From a virus: a DNA stretch of 64,000 bases. Positions 48,192-58,211 of the stretch are shown one piece after another. Position numbers and translations under genes: made by a program. The notes under the pieces were generated by a model. The model was given only the letters and a program-made list of their open reading frames with translations, had not been told where the DNA came from and did no database searches. The DNA lies in IMG/VR virus record IMGVR_UViG_3300029922_000007, positions 1-64,000 of that record; one strand, given 5' to 3'. Position 1 is the first letter of the stretch, and each line of letters opens with the position of its first letter.

Positions 48192-49406
48192 ATGGTACTG
48201 CCTACTTTGTATAAAAAGGGATCTACCGGAGCCATCCAATTTTGGACTATTGTTGTGGCTCAGGCTTGTGAATGCGAGTTTGACAATAACGATAAGGAAA
48301 TACCAAAATATTATGACATAGCGGGTCATTCAGATGCAGACAATATAGGTTATGCGGGTAGAATAAAAACTTTTTATGGACAAGTAGGAACCGAAAGCCC
48401 ACAAACTACCGTTGACACTATCTTCGAAGGTAAAAATACAGGAAAATCAAATCAAACTACACCGTATGAACAAGCTCAAGCAGAGGCTAAAGCCCGTTGG
48501 GAAAAGAAAAAGAAGTACGGCTATGTAAACTCTCTGGAAGCTGCCGAAAAGGGAGAACTTGACGCTTTGATTGAAGGAGGAATTGTTCCTATGCTTGCCC
48601 ACACCTTCGAAAAACAGGGGAAGAAAATCAAGTATCCTTGCTATGTCCAGCCTAAACTTGATGGCCTGCGCTGCATCGCCATCTTGGAAAATGGCATCTG
48701 CACTTTGTGGTCAAGAACCCGTAAGCCAATTACTAGCTGTCCCCATATTATTGCTGAAATTGAGAAAAACTTTAAAGAAGATATCGTGCTTGATGGTGAG
48801 TTGTATAACCATGATCTTAAAAAGGATTTTGAGAAGATCGTATCTGCGGTACGTAAAGAAACGCCAGAAGAAGGGTACTTGAATGTCCAGTACCATATCT
48901 ACGACCTGGTAAATAACAGCTCTTTCGACAACAGGACTCTTTGGTTAGCTAAAAAGTTCGCTTCTATGAAAACACCAAATTTTAAATACCTTAAGCTCGT
49001 AGAAACCCATATGGTTGAAGACGAAACTCAGGTTCCAGATTGGTTTTTGGAGTTCAGCGAACTTGGGTACGAAGGTGCAATGCTCCGCAACGCCGCAAGT
49101 CCATACGTGAACAAAAGGTCCTCAGACCTGATCAAGGTGAAGGAAATGCAGGACGATGAGTTCGAGATCGTCTCTATCGAAGAGGGGCGCGGAAAACTTC
49201 AAGGTCACGTTGGAGCCTTTGTGTGCGTGAACGACGATGGACAAGAATTTAAGGCTAAGCTGAAAGGTGACACGGAAAAGCTTAAGACTTACTTTGAAAA
49301 CCACTCTCTCTGGAAAGGTAAAAAGTTAACCGTACAATTCCAGGATTTGACTTCGTATGGAATTCCTAGGTTTCCGGTGGGATTGAGAATTAGGGAGAGC
49401 GAATAG
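48192..49406 (+). CDS. ATP-dependent DNA ligase
   Basis: QPKLDGLRC, LDGELY, EGAMLR, KRS..L.KVK and PRFPV motifs. Confidence 0.93.
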   Translation: MVLPTLYKKGSTGAIQFWTIVVAQACECEFDNNDKEIPKYYDIAGHSDADNIGYAGRIKTFYGQVGTESPQTTVDTIFEGKNTGKSNQTTPYEQAQAEAKARWEKKKKYGYVNSLEAAEKGELDALIEGGIVPMLAHTFEKQGKKIKYPCYVQPKLDGLRCIAILENGICTLWSRTRKPITSCPHIIAEIEKNFKEDIVLDGELYNHDLKKDFEKIVSAVRKETPEEGYLNVQYHIYDLVNNSSFDNRTLWLAKKFASMKTPNFKYLKLVETHMVEDETQVPDWFLEFSELGYEGAMLRNAASPYVNKRSSDLIKVKEMQDDEFEIVSIEEGRGKLQGHVGAFVCVNDDGQEFKAKLKGDTEKLKTYFENHSLWKGKKLTVQFQDLTSYGIPRFPVGLRIRESE

Positions 49407-49407
49407 T

Positions 49408-49644
49408 ATGGGCGGCGGAGGATGGGATCATTGGGACTGGGAAGACGATGCGCAAGACAAAAATTCTAGCAGGTACGAACGTAAATTAACTGATTTTAGC
49501 GCAGAAGAACTCAAAGAAGCCCTAGAGAAAGTAGAAAAACAGGAAATTTTACGCAAAGAAGTAGAGCTGGAAAGCAAGCGTCGAATGAAAGAAAATAGGA
49601 TTTTGCAGCTTAAGCAAGAGTTGGCAGAACTGGAAAAGGAATGA
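49408..49644 (+). CDS. Hypothetical coiled-coil protein
   Basis: ORF in operon. Confidence 0.55.
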   Translation: MGGGGWDHWDWEDDAQDKNSSRYERKLTDFSAEELKEALEKVEKQEILRKEVELESKRRMKENRILQLKQELAELEKE

Positions 49645-50082
49645 ATGTCAAAAACTAAGCTTCCTCAACTCTCTATCAAACAGCTTGAACTTCTAATCTC
49701 CATCTCCCTCAGGAACAGCCTTGATGTTCTTGGCAGAGAAGTCGAAGATGGCTACCAATTCCTCATTGTCCTGGACTGTCTAGCTCCCGAAGACTGTATT
49801 CCACATGACGAGGTGCCGGATGGAGAAGAAGAGACTCAAGAAATCCTTGAATGTCATGGCGTTACTGAGCTTACCGATTTTCTAGCCAACATTCTTGGGA
49901 TGCGCAAAGACGATGTACCAGTTAGGGCCGTAGATACGGTATCCATCAATAGTAAGAACGTTGGAGAATTCCTTGAAATTTTGGACGGAATGTGTCGCTA
50001 TTGGGATGACATTTTAGAAGATTCTGAAGAAGTGAATGTTGAGGGTAAGAATGTGGTTCCTGGAAACGAGACAGTAAACTAA
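49645..50082 (+). CDS. Hypothetical acidic protein
   Basis: ORF in operon. Confidence 0.6.
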   Translation: MSKTKLPQLSIKQLELLISISLRNSLDVLGREVEDGYQFLIVLDCLAPEDCIPHDEVPDGEEETQEILECHGVTELTDFLANILGMRKDDVPVRAVDTVSINSKNVGEFLEILDGMCRYWDDILEDSEEVNVEGKNVVPGNETVN

Positions 50083-50271
50083 TGGCGATAAAATTTAATT
50101 ACAGGTCATTTCATTGTGTTTGCTTTAGTTGCTATAGAAAACTAAATATAATAGGGGAATGTAAGTGTCCAATCGAAAGAATTCCGGACATTAGATCTTT
50201 TTGGAACGGCAAGTACTATAAAAATCTTTTTATGGATGAATACGGCAATGTTTTCCCAGGAGAGGATTAAT

Positions 50272-50442
50272 ATGGTAACTCTAAAACAATTGATGGAAAT
50301 GCTTATCACCCTACCCGAATCTGTTCAAAATAAGCGCATAGGCTACCTAGACATTGGCCATATGACCCAAGAAGATCTTGCCGACCTTAAAGATAGGCTT
50401 ATCAAATCCAACGAAGACTGGATTGAGGCTTGTGCTAATTAA
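50272..50442 (+). CDS. Hypothetical protein
   Basis: GAGG SD. Confidence 0.5.
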   Translation: MVTLKQLMEMLITLPESVQNKRIGYLDIGHMTQEDLADLKDRLIKSNEDWIEACAN

Positions 50443-51203
50443 CCCTCCCCACGCTGATCTTTCCAAGCATCATAGTCCAAAGAAATGAACGAAATATATC
50501 CATTCTTAAAGCCCCATCCTGGAGGAAGCTGCGTCAAAGAACACCTACAGAATGGATGTTCTCCACAGCTGGATGGTCTGTCATCTCCACGTTTGTGCCA
50601 CGAATGAGATAATTCGCTAAGCTTCCATATTTTAGGTGTATTCCCGTCCGGCAACATGTGCAGTCGCAAGCATTCCTTACAAAGGCTAGCATCTCTAACT
50701 ACCACAAAGAATACGTTGGGATCAGAAACCCCCATATCTTTGGCCTTACTAGCGATCTCCATAGTATGACCGACATTCCTAGTCTTAGTCGTTTCTGCTT
50801 CAGCTATGAGCTTCATATGTCCCTTAGCCTTAGTCATTTCACCTGAGAAAATCTCATTGACTTGCTCTTTAGTAACGTGGGTGCCTTTAGCTTTAGCTTC
50901 CTTGACTAGAGCATCAATACCTTCGACCACATTAGAGCTAGTCTTGTTCTTGAGGGATTCAATATAGCCGTGCGAAGACGTAAGGATTGACCGAAGAGCG
51001 TCACGTTCAAATTGGTTAGGATCGCGATTGTTTAAAGCTTGAACAAAGATAGACGCAAGGGTAATTCCACCAAAAATATCGAAAAGGTGAGGCTTATTTT
51101 GGAGTTTAGGGATTCTACCGAGGAGCTTATAGGCAAGAATATCGAACATTTTGTCGATGTGACTAGAAATGCTTTCTTTGCCGGAAGAGCTTATTCCGTA
51201 CAT
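50439..51203 (-). CDS. MuF-like head morphogenesis protein
   Basis: IAEAET...N, CKECLRLH and HPFCRC motifs; downstream of the portal. Confidence 0.75.
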   Translation of the reverse strand: MYGISSSGKESISSHIDKMFDILAYKLLGRIPKLQNKPHLFDIFGGITLASIFVQALNNRDPNQFERDALRSILTSSHGYIESLKNKTSSNVVEGIDALVKEAKAKGTHVTKEQVNEIFSGEMTKAKGHMKLIAEAETTKTRNVGHTMEIASKAKDMGVSDPNVFFVVVRDASLCKECLRLHMLPDGNTPKIWKLSELSHSWHKRGDDRPSSCGEHPFCRCSLTQLPPGWGFKNGYISFISLDYDAWKDQRGEG

Positions 51204-51204
51204 T

Positions 51205-51819
51205 TTAGCCCTTCAGGAGCTGTTCGATACTCAGAGTTTTAGTAACAGCTTCCGAAGCCTTGGCCTGCTCATCATCCATGGACTTCATCAAATCCGCTAC
51301 GATCTGTTCCTGCATTGAGAGAGCTTTTTGCGCAGGTTGGCTCATATTCTTAGTGGCTTGCTTTCCAAGAGTGAAGGGAGACTTCATAGCCATAGATTTA
51401 GAAATAGCTTTAATCGCCCTTTCTGATTTTTTGAGTTCGTAGGTCTGCTTCAAATTAGACTGGAAGGCTTTGATACCATCGAGAGATTTTTGGAGGGCCT
51501 GTTGTTCTGGGGATCCTGGCTTAGCTGAACCCAGCATTCCTTCAAGTTGACCAATGTGTTGGTCGAGTTCTGAGCCGTCTTGCCCCATTTCTTGTCCTGG
51601 TTGCGCATTGGGATCGTTCGGGTCTTGTCCTGGTTGACCGGGCTGTTGGCCCATAGCTGCCTGCTGTGCTGCTTGAGCGTCGGCCTGCTGTTGTTGGGCC
51701 TGTTGAACTTGAGCTTGTTGAGCCCCAGCCTCAAATCCTAATCTGAAACTGACATCCACAGCGTCCATGAATTTGAGCTTGAGATCGTTATATTTTAGTT
51801 TATAGTCCTGATTTTTCAT
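51205..51819 (-). CDS. Gln-rich head-module protein
   Basis: Lies between portal and MuF; several xxKS motifs. Confidence 0.55.
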   Translation of the reverse strand: MKNQDYKLKYNDLKLKFMDAVDVSFRLGFEAGAQQAQVQQAQQQQADAQAAQQAAMGQQPGQPGQDPNDPNAQPGQEMGQDGSELDQHIGQLEGMLGSAKPGSPEQQALQKSLDGIKAFQSNLKQTYELKKSERAIKAISKSMAMKSPFTLGKQATKNMSQPAQKALSMQEQIVADLMKSMDDEQAKASEAVTKTLSIEQLLKG

Positions 51820-51821
51820 AA

Positions 51822-52838
51822 TTAAGCAACCTTTTGTCCTGGTTCGGACATAAAATTAGTAATACCTAAAAACTTTTCGATTTGATCTATACACTCAAGA
51901 CGGTTATTGAGCCAATTTTCTTCTTTGATGTGAAGAATTTCGATCCCTTTAACGGTAAGAAAATAATTGTCTTTCAGATCATGGTAGCTACGAAGATCTT
52001 CGTTGGGCCAATGGGGTCTGGACCGTTTAAGCCCCTCAAGGGAGTGGTAGTAAGTACCGTCGAATTCAATTCCCTTATTTAGACTAGGAATCAGAATATC
52101 TATTTCGAATCCTTTGATATGGGGCTTTCCCTCGATTCTTACTTTGTTCGTTTTATGTCTTTTAGCGTCAGGAAAGAAGGGTTTAATACTAGACAAAATA
52201 GAGAATTCATGGGAACTAACATTCCCAGACCTAAACATATGGGAACAAGCTATATCTAATACCTTACGGTCTACACATAGAAAGTATGCGCTTCTACTTT
52301 TCTCTTTAAATTCGCCATGGGTAGTAAAATTTTTAGCTTCTAAGAATAAATCTTCATCAGACCAATAAAATCTTTTTCTGCTTAGGTGGCTAGTCAATTC
52401 TACTAAGAGATCCAGTCGGAGAATGGCGGCGTAAGCGTCTGGATCCATACTTCTGAGGTCTCCTACGCTATCGTATTTGGAAACCACCGTCTTCAGGTTC
52501 TCTTTATTGTATGGCTCATGACAAAGCCTCTTCATATGAGAACATGCTTCCTTAAGGATGCCCATACTCTTTGCGGCCTGGTATGCGTTTCTAGACCCCA
52601 GCTGAAAAGCGTAGGGCGTTCCGTATTTAATGGATTCGGCCAAAATTTTATCTTTAGTCCATTTGATGCGACCATCTCGCATATTTGCGCAAACTATGTC
52701 TAATATTTCAAGCTTCCGAGCGGCATTGTATGCGCTCTGACTTTTTGTTTTGAATTCCATGATAGTGTCGCAAGTCATAGCAATCGCATTAATGCTTTCG
52801 AAAGTATGTTTTCTAATGGAAGCTTTTTTCTTTTTCAT
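51822..52838 (-). CDS. Repeat-containing EDxHD/Vsr-like endonuclease (4 repeats)
   Basis: Four ~49-aa repeats, then FEIDILIPSLNKGIEFDGTYYH. Confidence 0.8.
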   Translation of the reverse strand: MKKKKASIRKHTFESINAIAMTCDTIMEFKTKSQSAYNAARKLEILDIVCANMRDGRIKWTKDKILAESIKYGTPYAFQLGSRNAYQAAKSMGILKEACSHMKRLCHEPYNKENLKTVVSKYDSVGDLRSMDPDAYAAILRLDLLVELTSHLSRKRFYWSDEDLFLEAKNFTTHGEFKEKSRSAYFLCVDRKVLDIACSHMFRSGNVSSHEFSILSSIKPFFPDAKRHKTNKVRIEGKPHIKGFEIDILIPSLNKGIEFDGTYYHSLEGLKRSRPHWPNEDLRSYHDLKDNYFLTVKGIEILHIKEENWLNNRLECIDQIEKFLGITNFMSEPGQKVA

Positions 52839-52839
52839 G

Positions 52840-54681
52840 CTATTCCTCATCCTCTTCTAACATATCAGAGATATTGAGTTTAAGCAAGTCCATAGCGTTA
52901 GGGCGTGGAGCGAACATGGCCATAAGAGCGTTTGGGGCTACTTGCGCCATAAGTTGCCAGGTTTGGAGAGTAAATGGATCGCGTTTAAATCTTAACATCG
53001 GATCAACAAAAGAAGCGGGACTGTCGTAAAATCTCCCCTTGACTTGTCCGACATCTAGGTATTTGTCCATTAGGAGCTGAATGCGCTCGTTCAGAGGGAA
53101 ATCTCCCCCCATACCTACCCCTATAGGGTCTTTATCTACATGACGAAGCACATCGTCGAAGGTCATGTGAGTAGGTTGGTCTTGCTGGAGGCGCGTCGAT
53201 TCTTGTTCCTTAGATTCAGCGTCAAGTCCAGCGAACTTGAGAACGACCATCTTAGCAAGAATAGGATCAATGATTGGAATCAGACGTTGATTGAAAAATG
53301 TTTCAAAATGCAAAAGAAGAGGAGTGAGCCCAGAATCGCGAGCCGCTTCCATCTTAAATTCGTTGTTAGATTCTGATAAAGTCTGTGAATTCGAGCCCTT
53401 AGAGAGATGTCCATATCCTGGCAACTCATCGGGAGACATCTGGAATGTCGCTAAAATATTCCTAGCAATTTGATCATAGATGAACTCGAATGAATCGTCT
53501 GCCTTGTCTCCGGCGAAAGAAAGCCACTCAACCTTATCTTCTGGGCTCAATCCCATCAGGGGGGTCCTGAAAGAATTTTGAACGCCATTGATCGATGCTT
53601 GGAATTCTTGCCTAAACTTCTCAAGCGTAGGAGAGTCAACATCATTGGAAGTGATAACTAAAGCTCCACGGGTAGCGCGTCCATTTTGGAAGTACAAGCG
53701 CTTCCATGTGTCTATTGAAATGTGCGTTGTAATCGAGGAAATGACGGTCTCAACTGGACTTACGGGATATCCATTGCGCTCGACGTCCGTCGATGGAAAG
53801 AAATCATGAACCAAAAGCTCTTCGTGAGTAAAATATTGCTTAGCAATCCCCTCTACTTGCTGGGCAAAAGCGTACACGTCACTTCTTAGTTTATCGTAAT
53901 CAACTTTGATTTTATCTCCGGTGATCCTTTCAAGCTCTTTAATGGCTAGAATACGTGTGTTTACTCCGGCACTTTCACCATTTCGTACCGTCTTGTAAAT
54001 AGTACCCGCATCTACTGGACGAAATCTATTAAAGGGGAACCTACCGTCTTTATCGGGCTCACTTTCGCGATCATAAATAACTTCGGTAGTCATCCAACCA
54101 AAAGTACAAGCGTTCTGGACCGAAGTACTTAGAAATTGACTCATCGTCATCTTCTGTTGATTTTCAAGTCCTTCAGTGTGACCACAATTCAAAAGAATTG
54201 TTTCTAGGCGCTTAACCCTCTCCGTAACTTTTTCAAACTGTTCAGTGCTAAGCAACTTAAGGAATTCAGGCTTAATGCTAATATCCATGCCCTTATCAAA
54301 GCGATCGGCACGTTTTTTACCAAACTGGCTGAGTTGGCCACCACGAGTACGAAGGATAGCTGCAACCAAGTGATCCTGAACACGGACCATCTTAAGAATA
54401 GAATCTGGAATCTCATTACGCTTACTCTTAACAACGCCAGCATAGGCATCGTTGTAGTTTGGGGATTCCATGAAGGCCAAGGCTGGAGCGCGTTCGGTAG
54501 CCTTACCCGTGGCGTCCGAGATGGCTTTCATCAAAGGAAACATTTCAGGATTGCTCTTCTGCATTTCCTTCAAGACACTCAACTGCTGGAGTTCCTGCAG
54601 TGGTGTCATATGTGACGATTCAGAGAAATTTAGTTTCATTTCTTTCTTAATGGCAGATTTTGGTTTATCGTCTTTTGTCAT
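52840..54681 (-). CDS. Portal protein
   Basis: PVDAGTI, GYPVSPVE, YFQNG..TRG, F.MSPDEL and GL.PLL motifs of Herelleviridae-like portals. Confidence 0.88.
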   Translation of the reverse strand: MTKDDKPKSAIKKEMKLNFSESSHMTPLQELQQLSVLKEMQKSNPEMFPLMKAISDATGKATERAPALAFMESPNYNDAYAGVVKSKRNEIPDSILKMVRVQDHLVAAILRTRGGQLSQFGKKRADRFDKGMDISIKPEFLKLLSTEQFEKVTERVKRLETILLNCGHTEGLENQQKMTMSQFLSTSVQNACTFGWMTTEVIYDRESEPDKDGRFPFNRFRPVDAGTIYKTVRNGESAGVNTRILAIKELERITGDKIKVDYDKLRSDVYAFAQQVEGIAKQYFTHEELLVHDFFPSTDVERNGYPVSPVETVISSITTHISIDTWKRLYFQNGRATRGALVITSNDVDSPTLEKFRQEFQASINGVQNSFRTPLMGLSPEDKVEWLSFAGDKADDSFEFIYDQIARNILATFQMSPDELPGYGHLSKGSNSQTLSESNNEFKMEAARDSGLTPLLLHFETFFNQRLIPIIDPILAKMVVLKFAGLDAESKEQESTRLQQDQPTHMTFDDVLRHVDKDPIGVGMGGDFPLNERIQLLMDKYLDVGQVKGRFYDSPASFVDPMLRFKRDPFTLQTWQLMAQVAPNALMAMFAPRPNAMDLLKLNISDMLEEDEE

Positions 54682-54684
54682 CCA

Positions 54685-55281
54685 TTATCCCATCGAAGCG
54701 AAAAAGATATTTGCGGTGGCAGTTCCAGCATTCGTAACCGTCAGACTGGTACTTGGGCCTGCCATGAAAAATACTGCGGGCTTAGTAATCCCATTGATCT
54801 GGAAAGGGGTCAAAGTCATGGGGCTACCACTGTTATATATCACGCTAACAATTTGATCTGATTCCAAGTAGATGAAAGTAGCGGGGAGGTAGAAATTACC
54901 TGTCACCCCAACCGTAGTGGCCGTAGCGAGGTTAGACATCGTAACCAAAGATCCTACGATGGAGATGACGGTAGTATTTGCTGGGATACCCGCTCCGACG
55001 ATAAGTTGACCCGCAAAGATGCCGGTGGTAGCGCCTGTTACGGTGAAGACGTTGGTTCCGGTAGAGATGTTCCCGGTGGTGTTAGCTAGTACGTTAGAAA
55101 AGGTGAAAGGAAGGATATTAGACGTAGTAGTTGAAATAGGTACTTGAATTTGTTGACTATTTTCGACAGTGTACGGAACACCATCGATTTGCCTGGACCA
55201 TTGGAAGTTGGAGAGAGCCGGGGTTGAGGTTTGGCACTGATCAGAATAGGCTTGAATGAAGAACAAAAAATTTGTGCGCAT
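54685..55281 (-). CDS. Putative virion protein
   Basis: Beta-rich and Thr-rich; AAGGAG SD and CAATCTTA upstream. Confidence 0.55.
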   Translation of the reverse strand: MRTNFLFFIQAYSDQCQTSTPALSNFQWSRQIDGVPYTVENSQQIQVPISTTTSNILPFTFSNVLANTTGNISTGTNVFTVTGATTGIFAGQLIVGAGIPANTTVISIVGSLVTMSNLATATTVGVTGNFYLPATFIYLESDQIVSVIYNSGSPMTLTPFQINGITKPAVFFMAGPSTSLTVTNAGTATANIFFASMG

Positions 55282-55338
55282 AAAAGAATATGCTCCTTAT
55301 AGCTTAAGATTGGCAAGTGCAGATACGGGCATAACCTA

Positions 55339-57204
55339 TTAGAATGTAAAGCGAAAGCCGCCTCGGCCACCAGGAGTACCCTTCCAGTCCTTCTTTCCCG
55401 TGATCTTTTCCAGCTCTTTGGCCATTAGATCATTCTGTTCTGGGGTATGCTGTAGTTCTGGAGGAAGCTCGCCATTTGAGGGTAGCACGGCAGTGATGTT
55501 TGGCTTCTGAGGTCCACTTACCGGAAACATATTTTGGCCCAAATAACGAAGAGCATCGCAGATGTCGGCAGTTCCAGCATCGTCGTCGGGAGTGGCAGTA
55601 ACCTGTCCCTGTCCATCCAAAAGGAAGCGATGCTTTCTTATGGCCGTTCTAACTATTTTTGTACTATCGGTTTCAAGAATTTTCAGAAGTCTTTGCCCGG
55701 TAGCCGTCATGATCTTAGACCTGATTGCCCCAATGCCACCACCCACGTCCTTAGTGAACTTAACGCTCGTGCAACCGTTACGATTAAAAGCCTTGATATA
55801 CGCCGGTTGATTTTGGTCAGGGTACCATTTCATAGGGCGATATTTTTCTTTGAAATTAATGGCGACCGGAAGTAAATCTTGGATTTCCAATCTAGGACTA
55901 GCAAAACAATCGATGATCCACAATTCCCCATTAGGGATCTTAGCCATCACTAAGATCACGGAATCATGGGTGAATCCCCAATCGACACCGCAATAGATAG
56001 GAATTTCTAGAGTCCTCAATATTCCGTAAATAGACTGGACCCCGATATTAGATGGAGCTATGTTTCCCGTTAAGACCTCGAAAGCCTTCTTCACAGAAAC
56101 TACGTTCCCAACATCAATTATATCTGAGTACCTGGGATATACGAGGCCCTCAGATCCTGGACGCCAACATAACAGCTCTGCAGACGCAACATCGCTGTCA
56201 TTATCGGCAAATTTTTGAATAACGCTAGAAATAGGTTTATAGAATCCGCCAGTAGCCGTCTGAGGTTTTTGGGAAAGCCTAGTTCTACAAACAGGAAGCA
56301 ATTTACATCCAACGCAACCCCCATGAACATTTGGGAGCAAGTCATATTTTTGTTTTTCCGTATCTGGTAGGCCGTTAAATTCATCTCCGCCCATCTGTTT
56401 CAACGGAAGTTCCTTGGCAACAAAAACATCCTGTTTTGGCAAGTCCGGCTTGTGTCTATCGGGACTACATGCGGACGTCACATCCAATATATTCCAAGAA
56501 AGTATTGTCGAATTAGTTTCTTGTGCTTTATCGATAGCTTCCTGCATATTACCGAAAGCGTATTTTCTTGTTGATAAATACACTTTAATACCGTGAAACC
56601 CTCTACTAAAACCAGTAATGTTTTTTCCCTGTTTGATAGCTTGAGGATCTGCTAAGTCAAGCTCGTCCAGAAAAAGAAAATTTGCGTGAAGACTATTCAT
56701 ACCCTTAGCAGTACAGATCAAGATCTTAATAAAGGGAGTTTTCCCTTGGGGAGTTTTATATTGAATTGTTCTTTTGTTCTGTGTCATGCTTTCCCAGCCC
56801 ATTATTTCTAGCAAAGGGGAAATACACATTACAAAATCATTAATATAGCCAATACTAACGGCGGACTGTGATTCTGTAGCCGCAGCGTGGGCTACCGTTC
56901 TAGAAAAATGTAACATTATAAGCAGCTCTAGGATAGAAACACTGACAGTTTTCATTCCCTCTCTGCAAGACATTAGGATAAAATTTGGAGTGACATCTCC
57001 AGAGTTATTTTTAGCTGCCTTATATATCTGCCAGATTGCATCAAGAGGAGAGCTGGTGCTTCCCGGATCTGTAATTTCTAATGGAAGTTCTAGATCCAAA
57101 AAAGAACGAGCCCAATCTTTTACTTCTTCCGCAGATTCAAGCGGAGTAAACATTAACTCGGCGTACTCTCTTTTTTGATCGTCCGTTAAAACTTTAAAAT
57201 CCAT
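55339..57204 (-). CDS. terL: Terminase large subunit
   Basis: Walker A-like SCREGMKT, Walker B LFLDE, LST motif; nuclease GVDWG and DICDALRY. Confidence 0.88.
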   Translation of the reverse strand: MDFKVLTDDQKREYAELMFTPLESAEEVKDWARSFLDLELPLEITDPGSTSSPLDAIWQIYKAAKNNSGDVTPNFILMSCREGMKTVSVSILELLIMLHFSRTVAHAAATESQSAVSIGYINDFVMCISPLLEIMGWESMTQNKRTIQYKTPQGKTPFIKILICTAKGMNSLHANFLFLDELDLADPQAIKQGKNITGFSRGFHGIKVYLSTRKYAFGNMQEAIDKAQETNSTILSWNILDVTSACSPDRHKPDLPKQDVFVAKELPLKQMGGDEFNGLPDTEKQKYDLLPNVHGGCVGCKLLPVCRTRLSQKPQTATGGFYKPISSVIQKFADNDSDVASAELLCWRPGSEGLVYPRYSDIIDVGNVVSVKKAFEVLTGNIAPSNIGVQSIYGILRTLEIPIYCGVDWGFTHDSVILVMAKIPNGELWIIDCFASPRLEIQDLLPVAINFKEKYRPMKWYPDQNQPAYIKAFNRNGCTSVKFTKDVGGGIGAIRSKIMTATGQRLLKILETDSTKIVRTAIRKHRFLLDGQGQVTATPDDDAGTADICDALRYLGQNMFPVSGPQKPNITAVLPSNGELPPELQHTPEQNDLMAKELEKITGKKDWKGTPGGRGGFRFTF

Positions 57205-58162
57205 TTAACACCAGAAAGTCGAGGCAGAGTTGAATGCAGGCCTGTTTGTCTTTGTTCCAATCCTCTTCTTTAGCGTGATGGATTTTGATTCCCTTAGATT
57301 CAAACCAATCATCCTTAAGCTTATGGTAGTTGCGAATGTCTTCGTCAGACCACTTAGCTTTATCTGGATCGGCTCGCATGTATTCGTAGGAATGATAGTA
57401 TTCCCCATCATATTCTATGCCTAGTTTTAACTCTGGAACAAAAACGTCAATCTCAAAACCTTTAATATAGGGCTTTCCTTCTATTTTTACACGCATGTCT
57501 CTAGTCTTCTTAGTACTCGGGTAAATATCTTTTATGAGCCCAAACAGTTCCTTTTCCGCTATGGACGTGCTCCCCATAACGATCATGTGCCCACATATTT
57601 GTTCTAGAACCCCCCTTCTAAGGGCAACCAAATAGGAGGACCCACTTTTTTGAAATTCAGTTCTAGTATTGTGTTTTAGGGCTTCTAGGTGAAGCTCCTC
57701 AAGGGTCCAATTCCTATGTAGCTCCTCCATATGGGAGCATATTTTGTTTAGAATCCCCCTACCAAAGGCTGTTTGGTAGGCCGACTCGCTCTCTTGTTTG
57801 AATTCTGAACGAGTGGAGAACTTACGAGCTTCCTTCTCTAAAGAAACATCTGTCCATCTAACATAGATAGTTTCCATATGAGAGCATACCTGGTCCACTA
57901 TCCCTCTTTTTTTTGCGATAGAGTAAGCTTTAGAGCTTTCGTTCCTAAATTCTGTTTTGGTCTTATACTTGATGGCTTCAGCACTTACCATTTCATATGT
58001 CCAATACGTAAGCGCAGGACGCATATGGGAACACACTGCATCAAAAATGCCTCTCATCCTGGCGAGACGGTGAATTGTAGGATTTCCACGACCAAAATCG
58101 GCCTTGGTTTCGTACTTCCTAGCTTCTTCATGAATTTGATCATTTGTTAATGTGCTGGCCAT
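57194..58162 (-). CDS. Repeat-containing EDxHD/Vsr-like endonuclease (4 repeats)
   Basis: Four 49-aa repeats, then FEIDVFVPELKLGIEYDGEYYH. Confidence 0.8.
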   Translation of the reverse strand: MASTLTNDQIHEEARKYETKADFGRGNPTIHRLARMRGIFDAVCSHMRPALTYWTYEMVSAEAIKYKTKTEFRNESSKAYSIAKKRGIVDQVCSHMETIYVRWTDVSLEKEARKFSTRSEFKQESESAYQTAFGRGILNKICSHMEELHRNWTLEELHLEALKHNTRTEFQKSGSSYLVALRRGVLEQICGHMIVMGSTSIAEKELFGLIKDIYPSTKKTRDMRVKIEGKPYIKGFEIDVFVPELKLGIEYDGEYYHSYEYMRADPDKAKWSDEDIRNYHKLKDDWFESKGIKIHHAKEEDWNKDKQACIQLCLDFLVLNGF

Positions 58163-58211
58163 ACTATTAAGATTGCCTCAATAACCATTAAAAGTCAAGT
58201 ATTTCTTTAAC

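Larger units (their letters stand above)
9964..58175. promoter_or_regulatory. Dispersed CAATCTTA motif, putative late promoter (12 exact copies upstream of genes)
   Basis: Minus strand at 9964, 17011, 17554, 23851, 24140, 29443, 35295, 47860, 55305 and 58168; plus strand at 39680 and 40436. Each is oriented with the downstream gene. Confidence 0.8.

Noticed and set aside
36043-58162. Group I introns or inteins hosting the endonucleases
   Set aside because: Terminase, portal, capsid and ligase frames are uninterrupted, the nucleases are intergenic, and no splice-junction motifs were seen.
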